Part shown: positions 37,524 through 47,460 of the stretch, piece by piece | Position numbering within the stretch: the stretch's first letter is position 1 | How the letters are laid out: each line of letters begins with the position of its first letter | Origin: Thainema sp. | Lineage (GTDB): Bacteria; Cyanobacteriota; Cyanobacteriia; Phormidesmidales; Phormidesmidaceae | Assembly (NCBI GenBank): GCA_052168235.1 | Contig: JBQLZK010000002.1 | Coordinates: forward strand, 256,001-320,000 | Direction: 5' to 3' | DNA length: 64,000 nucleotides | The notes under the pieces: model-generated | Told to the model about the DNA's origin: nothing | The model's input: only the letters and a program-made list of their open reading frames with translations | The model's database searches: none | Translations under genes and position numbers: made by a program

Positions 37524-39461
37524 ATGCTTTTCCTCAATCACAAAAAACTCACTCTCAAACCTCAGCAGCTTCTCGGCAAGGGTGGCGAGGCGGAGGTGTA
37601 TCGGCTGAATCGTCAGGTGGCGGTGAAGCTGTTTAAGCGGCCTGATCATGCGGATTTTCGGGGGCAGGTGCAGGAGCAGCAGGCGGCGCGGAATCGGATT
37701 GCGGTGCATCAGCAGAAGCTGCCGCTGTTTCCGGGGAATTTGCCGGAGCGGGTGGTGGTGCCGATGGATTGGGTGCGGGATGATCGGCAGCAGATTGTGG
37801 GCTACACGATGCGGTTGCTGACGGGGGTGGAGCCGCTGCTGCGATTTTGCGATCGCAATTTCCGGCAATCGATTCCGCATCAGCGGGTGGTGCAGATTTT
37901 TCAGGATTTGCACGATACGGTGTCGAAGCTGCATTTTGCGAGTGTGGTGATTGGCGATTTCAATGACCTGAATGTGCTGGTGCGGGGGACGGAGGCGTTT
38001 CTGATTGATGCGGATTCGTTTCAGTTTGAGCCGTTTACCTGCGGTATGTTTACGGCTCGGTTTGTCGATCCGCTGCTCTGCGATCCGCAGGCGAATCAGC
38101 CGCTCTTGCAGCGTCCTCACACGGAGCAGTCGGACTGGTATGCGTTTACGGTGATGCTGATGCAGTCGCTGCTGTTTGTTGATCCGTTTGGCGGTGTTTA
38201 CAAGCCCCAGGATGCGAGTCGGCGGGTGCCCCAGGCGGCGCGATCGCTGCATCGCATTACGGTGTTCCACCCGGAGGTGAAGTATCCCAAGCCTGCGCTG
38301 CCCTATGACCGTCTGCCGGATGAGCTGCTGCACTATTTTCAGTCAGTGTTTGAGCGCGATCAGCGGGGCGAGTTTCCCCGTCTGTTGCTCAATAGCCTGC
38401 ACTGGATAACTTGTTCTACCTGCGGCGCGGAACATGCGCGATCGCACTGTCCGGTCTGTGCCCAATCCCAACCGGGTGCGGTGGTTTCGGTCACTGTCGT
38501 GCGAGGTCAGGTAACGGCGACGCGCCTGCTGCAAACTGAGGGACTAATCCAGTTCGCCACTGTAGCCGCAGGCCAGTTGCAGTGGGTGCTGTGGCGGCAG
38601 GGACAGTTCCAGCGGGAGGACGGTTCCGTAATCATCACGGGTGATCTACAGCCCAATCTGCGCTGGCGAATTCAGGGCGATAAAACCCTGGTCGGTCAGG
38701 CGGGACAGGTGATGGTGTTGCAGTCCGGCCAAGTCGTACAGCGGTTGGCGGTAGATATTTACGGTGCGATCGCACAATTTGAAACCTTACCTGCTCACAC
38801 CCGCAGCACTCAGCCTTTATCTAGCGGTACATCCGAAGTCGCTGCCGTCTGGCTCCAGCAGGGGCAACTGTTACGCACTGACCGCTTAGGCGCAACCGTC
38901 ATGGGAACCGTCTTGCCCGAACGAACTCAAATCTGGTGCGGCTCCACCTTTGGCTTTGGCTTCTACCAGGCAGGCGATTTAACTGTCGCATTCGTCTTTG
39001 ATCTTGACCGTTCCGGCCTCAACGATCGCGTTCAACTGCCCACCTGGCGCGGTCAGCTCATCGCTGCTAACTGTGCCTTCGGTTCCGACTACTGCTGGCT
39101 GTTTTTGATCACACAGACACAAGGCCAACTCCAGCGCCACTGTACAATTATCCGCCGCGATGGTCAGGTTATAGGAAGTGCGATCGCAATTGACTCCACC
39201 CAGCCGAATCACTGGTTAATGCAGATCGGACAATCTGCCATTGCCCAAGACCCCTGCCCCTTCTGCCCGGTCTCTCGCTTCCTCCTAATCGCCACCGACG
39301 ACGGCATCATCCGCATCGAAGTCCACAACGGCCAGCTCACCCAAACCCGCACCTTCCCCGACACCGAACCCTTCGTCGATGCCAGCACCCAACTCCTCCC
39401 CGCTCCCGATGGTCTTTACGCGGTTCGGATGCATGATGTTCAGCATTTGAAGATGAATTAG
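37524..39461 (+). CDS. Ser/Thr kinase-fold protein (TerY-P triad type) with CxxC..CxxC zinc ribbon and beta-rich C-terminus
   Basis: GKGGEAEVY, VAVKLF, IGDFNDLNVLV, LIDADS and CSTC...CPVC; start placed at MLFLNH. Confidence 0.85.
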   Translation: MLFLNHKKLTLKPQQLLGKGGEAEVYRLNRQVAVKLFKRPDHADFRGQVQEQQAARNRIAVHQQKLPLFPGNLPERVVVPMDWVRDDRQQIVGYTMRLLTGVEPLLRFCDRNFRQSIPHQRVVQIFQDLHDTVSKLHFASVVIGDFNDLNVLVRGTEAFLIDADSFQFEPFTCGMFTARFVDPLLCDPQANQPLLQRPHTEQSDWYAFTVMLMQSLLFVDPFGGVYKPQDASRRVPQAARSLHRITVFHPEVKYPKPALPYDRLPDELLHYFQSVFERDQRGEFPRLLLNSLHWITCSTCGAEHARSHCPVCAQSQPGAVVSVTVVRGQVTATRLLQTEGLIQFATVAAGQLQWVLWRQGQFQREDGSVIITGDLQPNLRWRIQGDKTLVGQAGQVMVLQSGQVVQRLAVDIYGAIAQFETLPAHTRSTQPLSSGTSEVAAVWLQQGQLLRTDRLGATVMGTVLPERTQIWCGSTFGFGFYQAGDLTVAFVFDLDRSGLNDRVQLPTWRGQLIAANCAFGSDYCWLFLITQTQGQLQRHCTIIRRDGQVIGSAIAIDSTQPNHWLMQIGQSAIAQDPCPFCPVSRFLLIATDDGIIRIEVHNGQLTQTRTFPDTEPFVDASTQLLPAPDGLYAVRMHDVQHLKMN

Positions 39462-39462
39462 A

Positions 39463-39641
39463 AGGGGCTGTAAAGGCTGTAGAGGGCTGTAAAGGAGAGA
39501 AAGCCCGCAGCACGATGCTGGCAGGAAGGCAGATCCTCCTACTCCCTTGACTCCCTCTATACCTAGCAAACAAAAGCCATTCATCCCGATACGATTACCC
39601 CTGACTCCCTTTACAGCCTCTACAGCCTTTACAGCCCTTTT
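39463..39641. repeat. About 180-bp element with inverted ends built from GGCTGTA(A/G)A short tandem units
   Basis: GGGCTGTAAAGGCTGTAGAGGGCTGTAAAGG at left; CCTTTACAGCCTCTACAGCCTTTACAGCCC at right. Confidence 0.75.
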
Positions 39642-39682
39642 TCAAAATCTTACCCACCTTACCTACACGGAAACTTAACACC

Positions 39683-40723
39683 ATGACCACCCTCACCCAA
39701 CTTCCTATCCCCACCTTCTTTAACCTTCAAACCGTTGGCGAGGTCTGGCGCGTGCCTTACCAAGAGCGTGCCGCTCAGGCTAAAGACTGGAGCAAACAGC
39801 ACGGTCTCACCCCTGCGGCCAAGGACAAAACCCGCATCTGCCTGATGGCGATTGATGTGCAAAACACGTTCTGCATTCCCAACTTTGAACTGTTCGTCGG
39901 TGGCCGTTCCGGTATGGGCGCTGTGGAAGACAACATTCGGCTCTGCCAGTTCATCTACCGCAACCTGGGCATCCTCACCGAAATTGCACCCACGATGGAC
40001 ACCCATACGGCCATGCAGATCTTCCATGCCGAATTCTGGGTGAACGACGCAGGCGAGAATCCCGCCCCGATGACGATGATTCATGCCGATGATGTCAAAC
40101 AGGGCAAATGGAACGTCAATCCTGCGATCGCACATAGTCTCGCCCAAGGTAACTACATGGCGCTGCAAAACTATGCTTTGCACTACGTTGAGCAGCTAGA
40201 CACCGACGGCAAGTATCCCTTGACCATCTGGCCCTATCACTCGATGCTGGGCGGCATCGGTCACGCTCTGGTTTCCGCTGTGGAAGAAGCCTGCTTTTTT
40301 CACAACATCGCTCGCAGCAGCCAAACCAATTTTGAAATCAAAGGCGGCAATCCCCTGACTGAAAACTACTCCGTCCTCCGTCCTGAAGTGCTCGAAGATG
40401 CCAGCGGTCGCCCCATTGCCCAGAAAAACTCTCGCTTTATCCAAAAGCTGCTCGACTTTGATGCAGTTGCGATCGCAGGTCAAGCCAAAAGCCACTGTGT
40501 CGCCTGGACGATTCAAGATTTACTGGACGAAATCAACGCCAAAGACCCCACTCTCGCCAAAAAGGTTTACCTACTGGAAGACTGCTCATCCCCGGTCGTC
40601 GTCCCCGGCGTCGTAGATTTTACCGACCAAGCCGACCAAGCCTTCCAACGCTTCGCCAATGCCGGAATGCACCTCGTCAAATCCACCGACGACATCACCT
40701 CCTGGCCCAACCTGGATTTATAA
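39683..40723 (+). CDS. Isochorismatase-family cysteine hydrolase, nicotinamidase (PncA)-like
   Basis: IDVQNTF (Asp), TMDTH and WPYH (metal ligands), EIKG (Lys) and AKSHCV (Cys). Confidence 0.85.
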   Translation: MTTLTQLPIPTFFNLQTVGEVWRVPYQERAAQAKDWSKQHGLTPAAKDKTRICLMAIDVQNTFCIPNFELFVGGRSGMGAVEDNIRLCQFIYRNLGILTEIAPTMDTHTAMQIFHAEFWVNDAGENPAPMTMIHADDVKQGKWNVNPAIAHSLAQGNYMALQNYALHYVEQLDTDGKYPLTIWPYHSMLGGIGHALVSAVEEACFFHNIARSSQTNFEIKGGNPLTENYSVLRPEVLEDASGRPIAQKNSRFIQKLLDFDAVAIAGQAKSHCVAWTIQDLLDEINAKDPTLAKKVYLLEDCSSPVVVPGVVDFTDQADQAFQRFANAGMHLVKSTDDITSWPNLDL

Positions 40724-40726
40724 ACA

Positions 40727-40751
40727 AAAAGGTGGGCTATACCCACCTTTT
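40727..40751. terminator. Bidirectional terminator hairpin
   Basis: AAAAGGTGGG-ctata-CCCACCTTTT between convergent genes. Confidence 0.75.
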
Positions 40752-40772
40752 CAAAACTCTCAAAATTTCGGT

Positions 40773-41009
40773 CTATTCCGCTTGTTGGTCACTGTTTTCC
40801 CAGTTTTTCCATGCATGATACCCAAAACACAAACCCGCACCAAGGATTACAGGAGCAGCAAGTGGTACAGCAATAGTTGTTGTCGTAGTTAAACCAACCC
40901 ACCCCGCAACACCAGCCGCTGGTGATGTGATAGTTGCCACTGTTAGAGAACCTGGAATTGCACTAGCTGCAAGGGTTGCAAATTTACCAAACGAAGCAAA
41001 GTCTCCCAT
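40773..41009 (-). CDS. Small Gly/Ala-rich hydrophobic protein (78 aa)
   Basis: GAGG RBS; hydrophobic GxxxG-type segments. Confidence 0.65.
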   Translation of the reverse strand: MGDFASFGKFATLAASAIPGSLTVATITSPAAGVAGWVGLTTTTTIAVPLAAPVILGAGLCFGYHAWKNWENSDQQAE

Positions 41010-41021
41010 GTTCTTTACCTC

Positions 41022-41240
41022 TTAATTACCACTTGCTTTCTTAAGGCCAAATGCAGCTAAGCCAACTACAGCACCAGCCGCAGCGACAGGAGCCATACCA
41101 ACGCCTACTGCCGTACCTAAAGCAGCTATTCCTATGCCACCAGCCCAAGCTGAAAATCCAGCTCCTGCTGCTGCTCCAGCCGCTGCAAAAACAGCAGCTT
41201 CACGACCGTTTGAACCACCACTCTTGTCTCTATTTGCCAT
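41022..41240 (-). CDS. Small glycine-zipper membrane protein (72 aa)
   Basis: AAAGAAAGAG..AGGIGIAALGTAVGVG..AAGAVVGLAAFG. Confidence 0.7.
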   Translation of the reverse strand: MANRDKSGGSNGREAAVFAAAGAAAGAGFSAWAGGIGIAALGTAVGVGMAPVAAAGAVVGLAAFGLKKASGN

Positions 41241-41403
41241 GAGTTATCCCTTAGGTGAAAACATCACAAGTCTGCATCCTGAGAGGCTATGTAAAGAAAA
41301 GTGACAAGCTCTTTTTCGAAGCTAACACAGCTATTCTCTTGCCGTCATCGGTATCAGAACAAAGCAATGATTTTTTAGAATTTTTGTTGAGATCTTGGCA
41401 ACT

Positions 41404-41434
41404 GTAGGGTGCCGTTAGCGAAGCGTAACGCACC
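41404..41434. repeat. GTAG-type REP with GCGAAGC loop
   Basis: GTAGGGTGCCGTTA-GCGAAGCG-TAACGCACC. Confidence 0.75.
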
Positions 41435-41497
41435 GTTCCATCGAGCTTAACAGTGCACGTACATCTCACGACATGGATGTGTTGAATTATTTGAACG

Positions 41498-42004
41498 CTA
41501 ACCTTTACGGCGCTTATGCCCTCTAACAAATGTTCCATCCTTGCGACGGTACGAAGACACATCGGTGTACTGATCACCTAGCAATTTATTCTTTATGGCT
41601 TCTCCTCCAAGAGCCATACCTATGCCCCCCACAAATTTGGCCACTGTGAAAACTCCACCAGCTACCCCAGCCACTCCATCAGCAACACCTTTAGCTGCAT
41701 CAGCAGTACCACCAGCGACACCTTTTACAACGTTGGATGTGCTTTTGGCTATCGCATTGACCTTGCCAGATGGAGATCGTTTGTATTCTTCCAGTCGCCG
41801 CTGTTCTTCTTCAATTGCTCGCAGTCTTGCTTCTTCTGCTAATCGAATTTTTTCTAACTCTTGCTGGCGAAGCATTTCTGCTCTCCGTTTTCGAGCTTCA
41901 GCTTTCCTAATAAAACTTTTCAGTATCGAGTAGACAATGAAAAATATGCATGCACCCACAATCAGCGTTAAACCAACCAGTAAGACCAAAGAGGTAGTTT
42001 CCAT
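41498..42004 (-). CDS. Hypothetical protein: N-terminal TM, coiled coil, Gly-rich segment and basic C-terminal tail
   Basis: 168-aa ORF ending VSSYRRKDGTFVRGHKRRKG. Confidence 0.75.
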   Translation of the reverse strand: METTSLVLLVGLTLIVGACIFFIVYSILKSFIRKAEARKRRAEMLRQQELEKIRLAEEARLRAIEEEQRRLEEYKRSPSGKVNAIAKSTSNVVKGVAGGTADAAKGVADGVAGVAGGVFTVAKFVGGIGMALGGEAIKNKLLGDQYTDVSSYRRKDGTFVRGHKRRKG

Positions 42005-42163
42005 ACGATTGAGGAGAGATGAAGATTATATAAAACAGACTACCCAGAAAATTACGTAGCTGAACGGACTTTACGAGTATCTTTACAGATATATAACATG
42101 CCCTGTGGCAACGCTTATCCACAATGCGTCAATGAAAATCCGTTTTCACTTTGTACAAGCTCT

Positions 42164-42586
42164 ATGTCCACTCAAAAAATCACAATTGAGTTACCAGATT
42201 TACTGCTACAGCAGTTAAGGCGAGTAGCTGAAGTCACTCATCAATCTTTAGATGTTGTAATTACTCAAAGTTTATCGGGTAATCTTCCACCTTCTGTTGA
42301 TCATGTTGAAGTTGAGCAACAGGCTGAATTACTGACTATGCAAACATTTACGGTTGATCAACTACAAGCAATAGCTCATGCCACTATTCCAATTGATCAA
42401 CAGCATCGCCATGAGTTTTTACTCGAAAAGAATCAGCAATCAGCTCTTGCTGAAGATGAACGCCAAGAATTAACACAACTGAGGGCAAAAGTTGATCAGC
42501 TAATGCTCAAAAAAGCTTACGCCTGGGCAGTTTTAAAGTGGCGCGGAGAGCGAATTCCACCGTTAGAAGAAGTTGTCCCAGGATAA
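42164..42586 (+). CDS. Hypothetical antitoxin-like partner of the HNH gene
   Basis: ITIELPD RHH-like start and LKKAYAWAVLKWRG; abuts the HNH gene with no gap. Confidence 0.7.
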   Translation: MSTQKITIELPDLLLQQLRRVAEVTHQSLDVVITQSLSGNLPPSVDHVEVEQQAELLTMQTFTVDQLQAIAHATIPIDQQHRHEFLLEKNQQSALAEDERQELTQLRAKVDQLMLKKAYAWAVLKWRGERIPPLEEVVPG

Positions 42587-43003
42587 ATGAGTATTTCCGC
42601 AACTCTTCGTGCTCAAATGCAAGCTCAAGCAGATTATCGCTGTGAATACTGCAAAACTTCTTCTCGCTTAGTTGGTATGCCGTTAGTAATTGATCACATT
42701 CAACCTCAAGCGGAGGGAGGCAGCGATAATCCTGATAATTTGGCGGCTGCTTGTTATCGCTGTAATGAATTTAAAGGTGCCAAAACCTTTAGCGTTGATC
42801 CAGCTACTAATCAGCTAGCGAAATTATTCAATCCTCGCACTCAGCAATGGTCAGACCATTTTGCTTGGATTAACGGTGGTACGCACATTGCTGGGAACAC
42901 CCAAAGTGGCCGAGCGACGGTAATTGCACTACGGCTCAATAATGATCAAATTGTCTCAGCCCGCACTCTGTGGATTACAGTTGGCTGGCATCCACCTAGC
43001 TAA
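42587..43003 (+). CDS. HNH endonuclease
   Basis: CEYC, IDHIQP..EGG, NLAAACYRCNEFKG and LFNPR. Confidence 0.92.
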   Translation: MSISATLRAQMQAQADYRCEYCKTSSRLVGMPLVIDHIQPQAEGGSDNPDNLAAACYRCNEFKGAKTFSVDPATNQLAKLFNPRTQQWSDHFAWINGGTHIAGNTQSGRATVIALRLNNDQIVSARTLWITVGWHPPS

Positions 43004-43160
43004 AGCTTTCTAACCACAATACTTCAACTAATACAAAGTTTGTCGAGGCGATCGCAACTTTACTCGCCGTTACAAAAATGCGATCGCACTCACAGAATCC
43101 GTGTGTCTACTTTCACCATCAACCATCAACTATTAACCCTATTCCCAAAAGGTAACTACT

Positions 43161-43952
43161 ATGTCCCAATCCGCTAATCTCAATCAACTCTTCCAATCCG
43201 CCCACCAAGAAGGCTTACTCTCACCCGCCTCCATGCAGGCGCTCAACGTATTCGATATTGGTGCTCAGATTCAAGCTGGGCTGGGTGTTCACGTGGACGA
43301 TGTAATGTCTAGCGAAGTTGTCCTTGTCACCATCATGCCGGATGACTCTGGTTCAATTCGCTTTGGGGGCAATGCGGCCACGGTGCGGGCGGGGCACAAT
43401 ACGGTTTTGGATGCGCTGCAAAGTTCGCCTCAGAAAGACAGCATTCTGATTCACAATCGCTATTTGAACGGTACAGTCCTGTATCCGTACTGCGCGGTTG
43501 ACCAAGCGGTGCGAATGGATACTCAAAATTACGATCCAAATCAGGGAACTCCCTTATACGAACAAACCGTCGTGTTGCTGGGTACGGTGATTGCCAAAGC
43601 GCAGGAATTTGCCGACAATGGTGTGCCAGTCCGCACAGTAACGCTCATTATTACTGATGGGGCGGACGAGCATTCCGGTCGCACAACGGCGAAGCAGGTC
43701 AAATCTCTGGTGCAGGACATGCTGCGTTCTGAAAATCACATCATTGCGGCGATGGGCATTGATGATGGCCATACTGATTTTCGGCAGGTGTTTCAGTCGA
43801 TGGGGCTGCGGGATGAGTGGATTTTGACACCAGGGAATAGTCAGAAAGATATTCGGCAGGCATTCCAGATTTTTTCACAATCGGCAGTGCGCGCCAGCCA
43901 AAGTGCGGGTAGCTTCAGCCAAACTTCACTGGGTGGATTCGGTAATCCGTAA
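43161..43952 (+). CDS. vWA domain protein (TerY-like)
   Basis: MIDAS DDSGS, GTPLY and LIITDG. Confidence 0.85.
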   Translation: MSQSANLNQLFQSAHQEGLLSPASMQALNVFDIGAQIQAGLGVHVDDVMSSEVVLVTIMPDDSGSIRFGGNAATVRAGHNTVLDALQSSPQKDSILIHNRYLNGTVLYPYCAVDQAVRMDTQNYDPNQGTPLYEQTVVLLGTVIAKAQEFADNGVPVRTVTLIITDGADEHSGRTTAKQVKSLVQDMLRSENHIIAAMGIDDGHTDFRQVFQSMGLRDEWILTPGNSQKDIRQAFQIFSQSAVRASQSAGSFSQTSLGGFGNP

Positions 43953-44203
43953 CAACCATTCTCGCAACTGGCACAGGGCGAGATTACCCGTAGGGGGTAG
44001 TTCTGTGGAACCGTAATTTTGCCGTAGGATCGACACTGTTTCCAGGATATACATGAAGTTTCGGCATTTTGTAGTCCGTAATCCAGCGTGACCACCTCAA
44101 AAATTGCCACAATATTACCGAGATGCTGAGTTCAGACTGCGTAGTTTTATCTATGACATTCACTCGAACTCATTTAGCATCTACCTGAAATCGGAGTTCC
44201 CTC

Positions 44204-44755
44204 ATGCTGCCCCCCGTTCCTGTGCAATCACCGTCATCATCCTCGTTATCTGTTTCCACTTGTATCAAAGCTAAGCCATATCCCAAAACCATCCAACCGA
44301 CCTCCCAGCCTGTTCCGGCAGTGGAGTTTGTTCAAATTAGTTTTGAGGCACTATCGGCATTTGATCGAGTAACCACTCAGTTTGAGTCTTTAGGTGTGCG
44401 GTTTCACAATGCGATCGCACTTAAACCCTCTAATCCCGTTTTTCCTCAAGATGAGGAAGCGTGTGTGTTGCTGCCAACGGGCAATAACACCTCGCTCACG
44501 CTGGAATTTCTTCAGCCGATGGAGTGGGTAGAGGTTCACGTATCCAGCGTTCAGTCTGTGCGAATGCGCGGCATGGATGCCTCTGATACCTCCATTTCTG
44601 AGGCTGGTGATGCCTATGACTACTGCAATCTAGGTGCCCATCCTTGCCATGAGCTGCCACACCAGTGCCTGCGAGTTGCAGCTGCCGGATTATCGAAAGT
44701 GGTGATTGAATCGAATACGCCACTGACGCTTAACAATATTGCCTTTGGCCGCTAA
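44204..44755 (+). CDS. Hypothetical protein
   Basis: 183-aa ORF with GGAG RBS. Confidence 0.65.
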   Translation: MLPPVPVQSPSSSSLSVSTCIKAKPYPKTIQPTSQPVPAVEFVQISFEALSAFDRVTTQFESLGVRFHNAIALKPSNPVFPQDEEACVLLPTGNNTSLTLEFLQPMEWVEVHVSSVQSVRMRGMDASDTSISEAGDAYDYCNLGAHPCHELPHQCLRVAAAGLSKVVIESNTPLTLNNIAFGR

Positions 44756-44879
44756 ATATTAAAGCTTTAATGTTGCCCAACCTCATATCTTTATACGAAG
44801 TTCGGTGAAAATCCGGTGATTCATTTGTTATGGAAGGCTGGCTTGACTATCCTTTCATAACAAATGAATTGAATTCTTA

Positions 44880-44983
44880 TATAGCCTTTCCTAGGCTACT
44901 GAGGTACAAGTTATTGTTTGAAAGCCACGCTTCGCGTGGCTTTCAAACAATAACCTCCCTTTACTAGCGCAAGAAGCGCTATA
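44880..44983. repeat. TATAGC...GCTATA-ended small dispersed element with an internal 21-bp-arm hairpin (44910-44954)
   Basis: GTTATTGTTTGAAAGCCACGC-ttc-GCGTGGCTTTCAAACAATAAC; a second hairpin lies at about 44819-44869. Confidence 0.75.
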
Positions 44984-45026
44984 TGCAGACTTGGATATTC
45001 GGTCTAAGTGCAAGATGTGAGCAACT

Positions 45027-47189
45027 CTACATCGGGTGAGTGTCTGACATATCGGTGGTGTCTGACCTCATAAATGTCGTGGCGATCATTTCTTCCTTAC
45101 GCTGTGATTGATAGACCCGATAAACAACCACTGCGACTCCTGCTACGATGCTGGTTGCCAAGGGTGCAGCGAGCGGTATCCAGCCGTTTTGGGTAAACAG
45201 AATGGCGCTCGTGCCCACGATGACGATCAGTAAGCTAGTGCCACCCAGGGCTAAAACGATCGGTCGGCGTAAACTCCACGCTAAGCTGCCACCTGCGATC
45301 GCACATAGAGCCATCCAGCCAATTTCAGTCCAATCCGGCCAGAACCAATACAATGCTGCTTGTTCAGACTCCAGGGCGGCGGACAGGATTTGGCTCACCA
45401 TTTGGGCATGAACCGTCACGCCGGGCATTTGCAACTCGGTGTCGCGGCGTCCGGCAGTATAGGGCGTATAGAACACATCTTTACTGCTAGGAGCGGTGGT
45501 ACCAATCAGCACCGCTTTACCTCGCACCCAGTCAGGCGGCACATTGCCAGCTAGGACTTCGCTGAGGGAAATGATGCGGGTCGCCTGATTGGCAGAGCGG
45601 TAGTGCAGCAAGAGCTGATAGCCCATAGAGTCTACGTGCTGATAGCCGCCGGAGGAGGAACGGAGCTGATCAAAAACGGTTTCCTGGAGCTGAAGCAAAT
45701 CGGGATTCTCAGCGTGGTTTTGCGGCAGGATATTGTCGGCTTCTAGATACTCCAGCGCCACCCGCAGCGAAAAGGAAAAAAGAACCTGATTCTGATGGGT
45801 GGCAAACATCAGGTTGCGCCGCACCACGTTGTCGGTGTCGATAGGAATATCGTTAAAGCCGACTCGTGAAGGAGGAACGACCTCGGGCGGTGGAATTTCG
45901 AGCTGATCGCCCTGATTGCCAATGTTCGCGATCGCAATTACATTATCATCGGCAAACTGCTCCATTAGGGCTTCGTGACCGGGTTCCTGGGGCAGTTCCC
46001 GATACAGATCCACGCCAATCACGCGCGGATCGTACTGCTGTAAGGTTGCGATCGCATCGGCAATGCTCTGGTCAGACGGCGTGGCTCGCTGGAGTTCCCG
46101 CAAGTCGGCTTCGGTAATCTCGACTACCAGCAGTCGATCATCAATGCCTAGATCCGGCTGTAGTCGCACCATCTGGTCATAGGCCCGCAGTTCCAGCGGC
46201 TCAAACCAGCCGAGCTGTCGCGCTCCGGCACAGAGGCCCAGTGCTGCCGCACTTGCGATCGCAACGACGCGTACACCTTTTACCAAGCGCTGACGCGGTG
46301 TTTCGAATGCGGAGATCTGGGTCCAGTCCAGTTCCACTGGCTCTCGAAATGACGGGTCGTCCGGCAATTCATCCAAACGCTTCAGATCGTTCAGCACCTC
46401 TTTGGCAGACTGATAGCGTCGCGAGATCTGAGATCGCGTCATCTTTTTCAGCAGCAGCTTTAATCCTTCGCTGATTTGAGCATGCTGTTCCCACAGGAGT
46501 TCGGAGGTGCGTGGATCTTCCGATAGCTCTTGCGGCTGATAGCCGGTCAAGGCTTGAATCACCGTGATGCCCAGCGCATAAATGTCGCTACAGTAGCGCG
46601 GGCGACCTGCCAGCTGCTCGTGGGGCGTGTAGCCTTGGGTGCCAATGCCGACAGTGTAATCGGTTTGGCTATCGGTGCGGGTCGTTAGCTGGGTTTGAAT
46701 TTCCTTGACTGCCCCAAAGTCAATCAAAACCAACTTGCCGTCGCGCCGCCGAATGATGTTGCCGGGCTTGATGTCGCGGTGAATCACATGATTGTCATGT
46801 ACAAAGCTCAAAACAGGCAGTACGTTTTCCAGCAGCCGGATAGCCTGTTCCTCACCTAGTTGAAATCCGCCCGCCAGTTCCTCGCTGAAGGGATAGCCGT
46901 CAATAAATTCCTGAACGAAATAAAATTCGCCATCTTCTTCGAAAGAATCGACTAACGCCGGAATCTGGTCATGCTGTCCCAGCTTGCGGAGTGCTTCCAC
47001 TTCCGCATCAAACAATCGGCGGGCAACCTGCAAGAATTCGGGATCTTGGCTGCTGGGGCGCAGATGCTTGACGACGCAAATCGATCGCTCAGGGTGCTGC
47101 GTGTCTTCGGCCACATAGGTTTGACCAAATCCACCAGTCCCTAATATTCGCAGTATTTTATAGCGTCCGGAGAGCAAGGCTTCCAGCAT
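45027..47189 (-). CDS. Ser/Thr protein kinase with CHASE2 sensor domain and TM helices
   Basis: LGTGGFGQTY, HRDIKPGN and LIDFG; CHASE2 motifs LELRAYD, VIGVDLYR and MPGVTVHAQMVSQIL; start placed at MLEALL. Confidence 0.92.
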   Translation of the reverse strand: MLEALLSGRYKILRILGTGGFGQTYVAEDTQHPERSICVVKHLRPSSQDPEFLQVARRLFDAEVEALRKLGQHDQIPALVDSFEEDGEFYFVQEFIDGYPFSEELAGGFQLGEEQAIRLLENVLPVLSFVHDNHVIHRDIKPGNIIRRRDGKLVLIDFGAVKEIQTQLTTRTDSQTDYTVGIGTQGYTPHEQLAGRPRYCSDIYALGITVIQALTGYQPQELSEDPRTSELLWEQHAQISEGLKLLLKKMTRSQISRRYQSAKEVLNDLKRLDELPDDPSFREPVELDWTQISAFETPRQRLVKGVRVVAIASAAALGLCAGARQLGWFEPLELRAYDQMVRLQPDLGIDDRLLVVEITEADLRELQRATPSDQSIADAIATLQQYDPRVIGVDLYRELPQEPGHEALMEQFADDNVIAIANIGNQGDQLEIPPPEVVPPSRVGFNDIPIDTDNVVRRNLMFATHQNQVLFSFSLRVALEYLEADNILPQNHAENPDLLQLQETVFDQLRSSSGGYQHVDSMGYQLLLHYRSANQATRIISLSEVLAGNVPPDWVRGKAVLIGTTAPSSKDVFYTPYTAGRRDTELQMPGVTVHAQMVSQILSAALESEQAALYWFWPDWTEIGWMALCAIAGGSLAWSLRRPIVLALGGTSLLIVIVGTSAILFTQNGWIPLAAPLATSIVAGVAVVVYRVYQSQRKEEMIATTFMRSDTTDMSDTHPM

Positions 47190-47460
47190 AAGCAACGGGC
47201 ACTTAACGTTCTTAGATCTTGGCACGACTCGCCCATTGGCTGGGAGAGTTTTGTCATTTTGATGAAAATTAAAGCTCCGCTTAAGAGAATCAATGATTTG
47301 CAGGCAAAAATTGAGCCGATTGACCTGAACCATGATGGAGCCTCACCAAGAACTTTAACCAGGAACTTCATGGCGAGAATATGTCTGAGCGAGCGGAGTT
47401 ATGCAGTGGGAAGGGGATAGATATACACTAAAGCGTTGATAGCTTGGCAAAGTTGAGAAG

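Noticed and set aside
37515..38333. 272-aa antisense ORF within the kinase gene
   Set aside because: Shadow of biased codon usage; no recognisable motifs.
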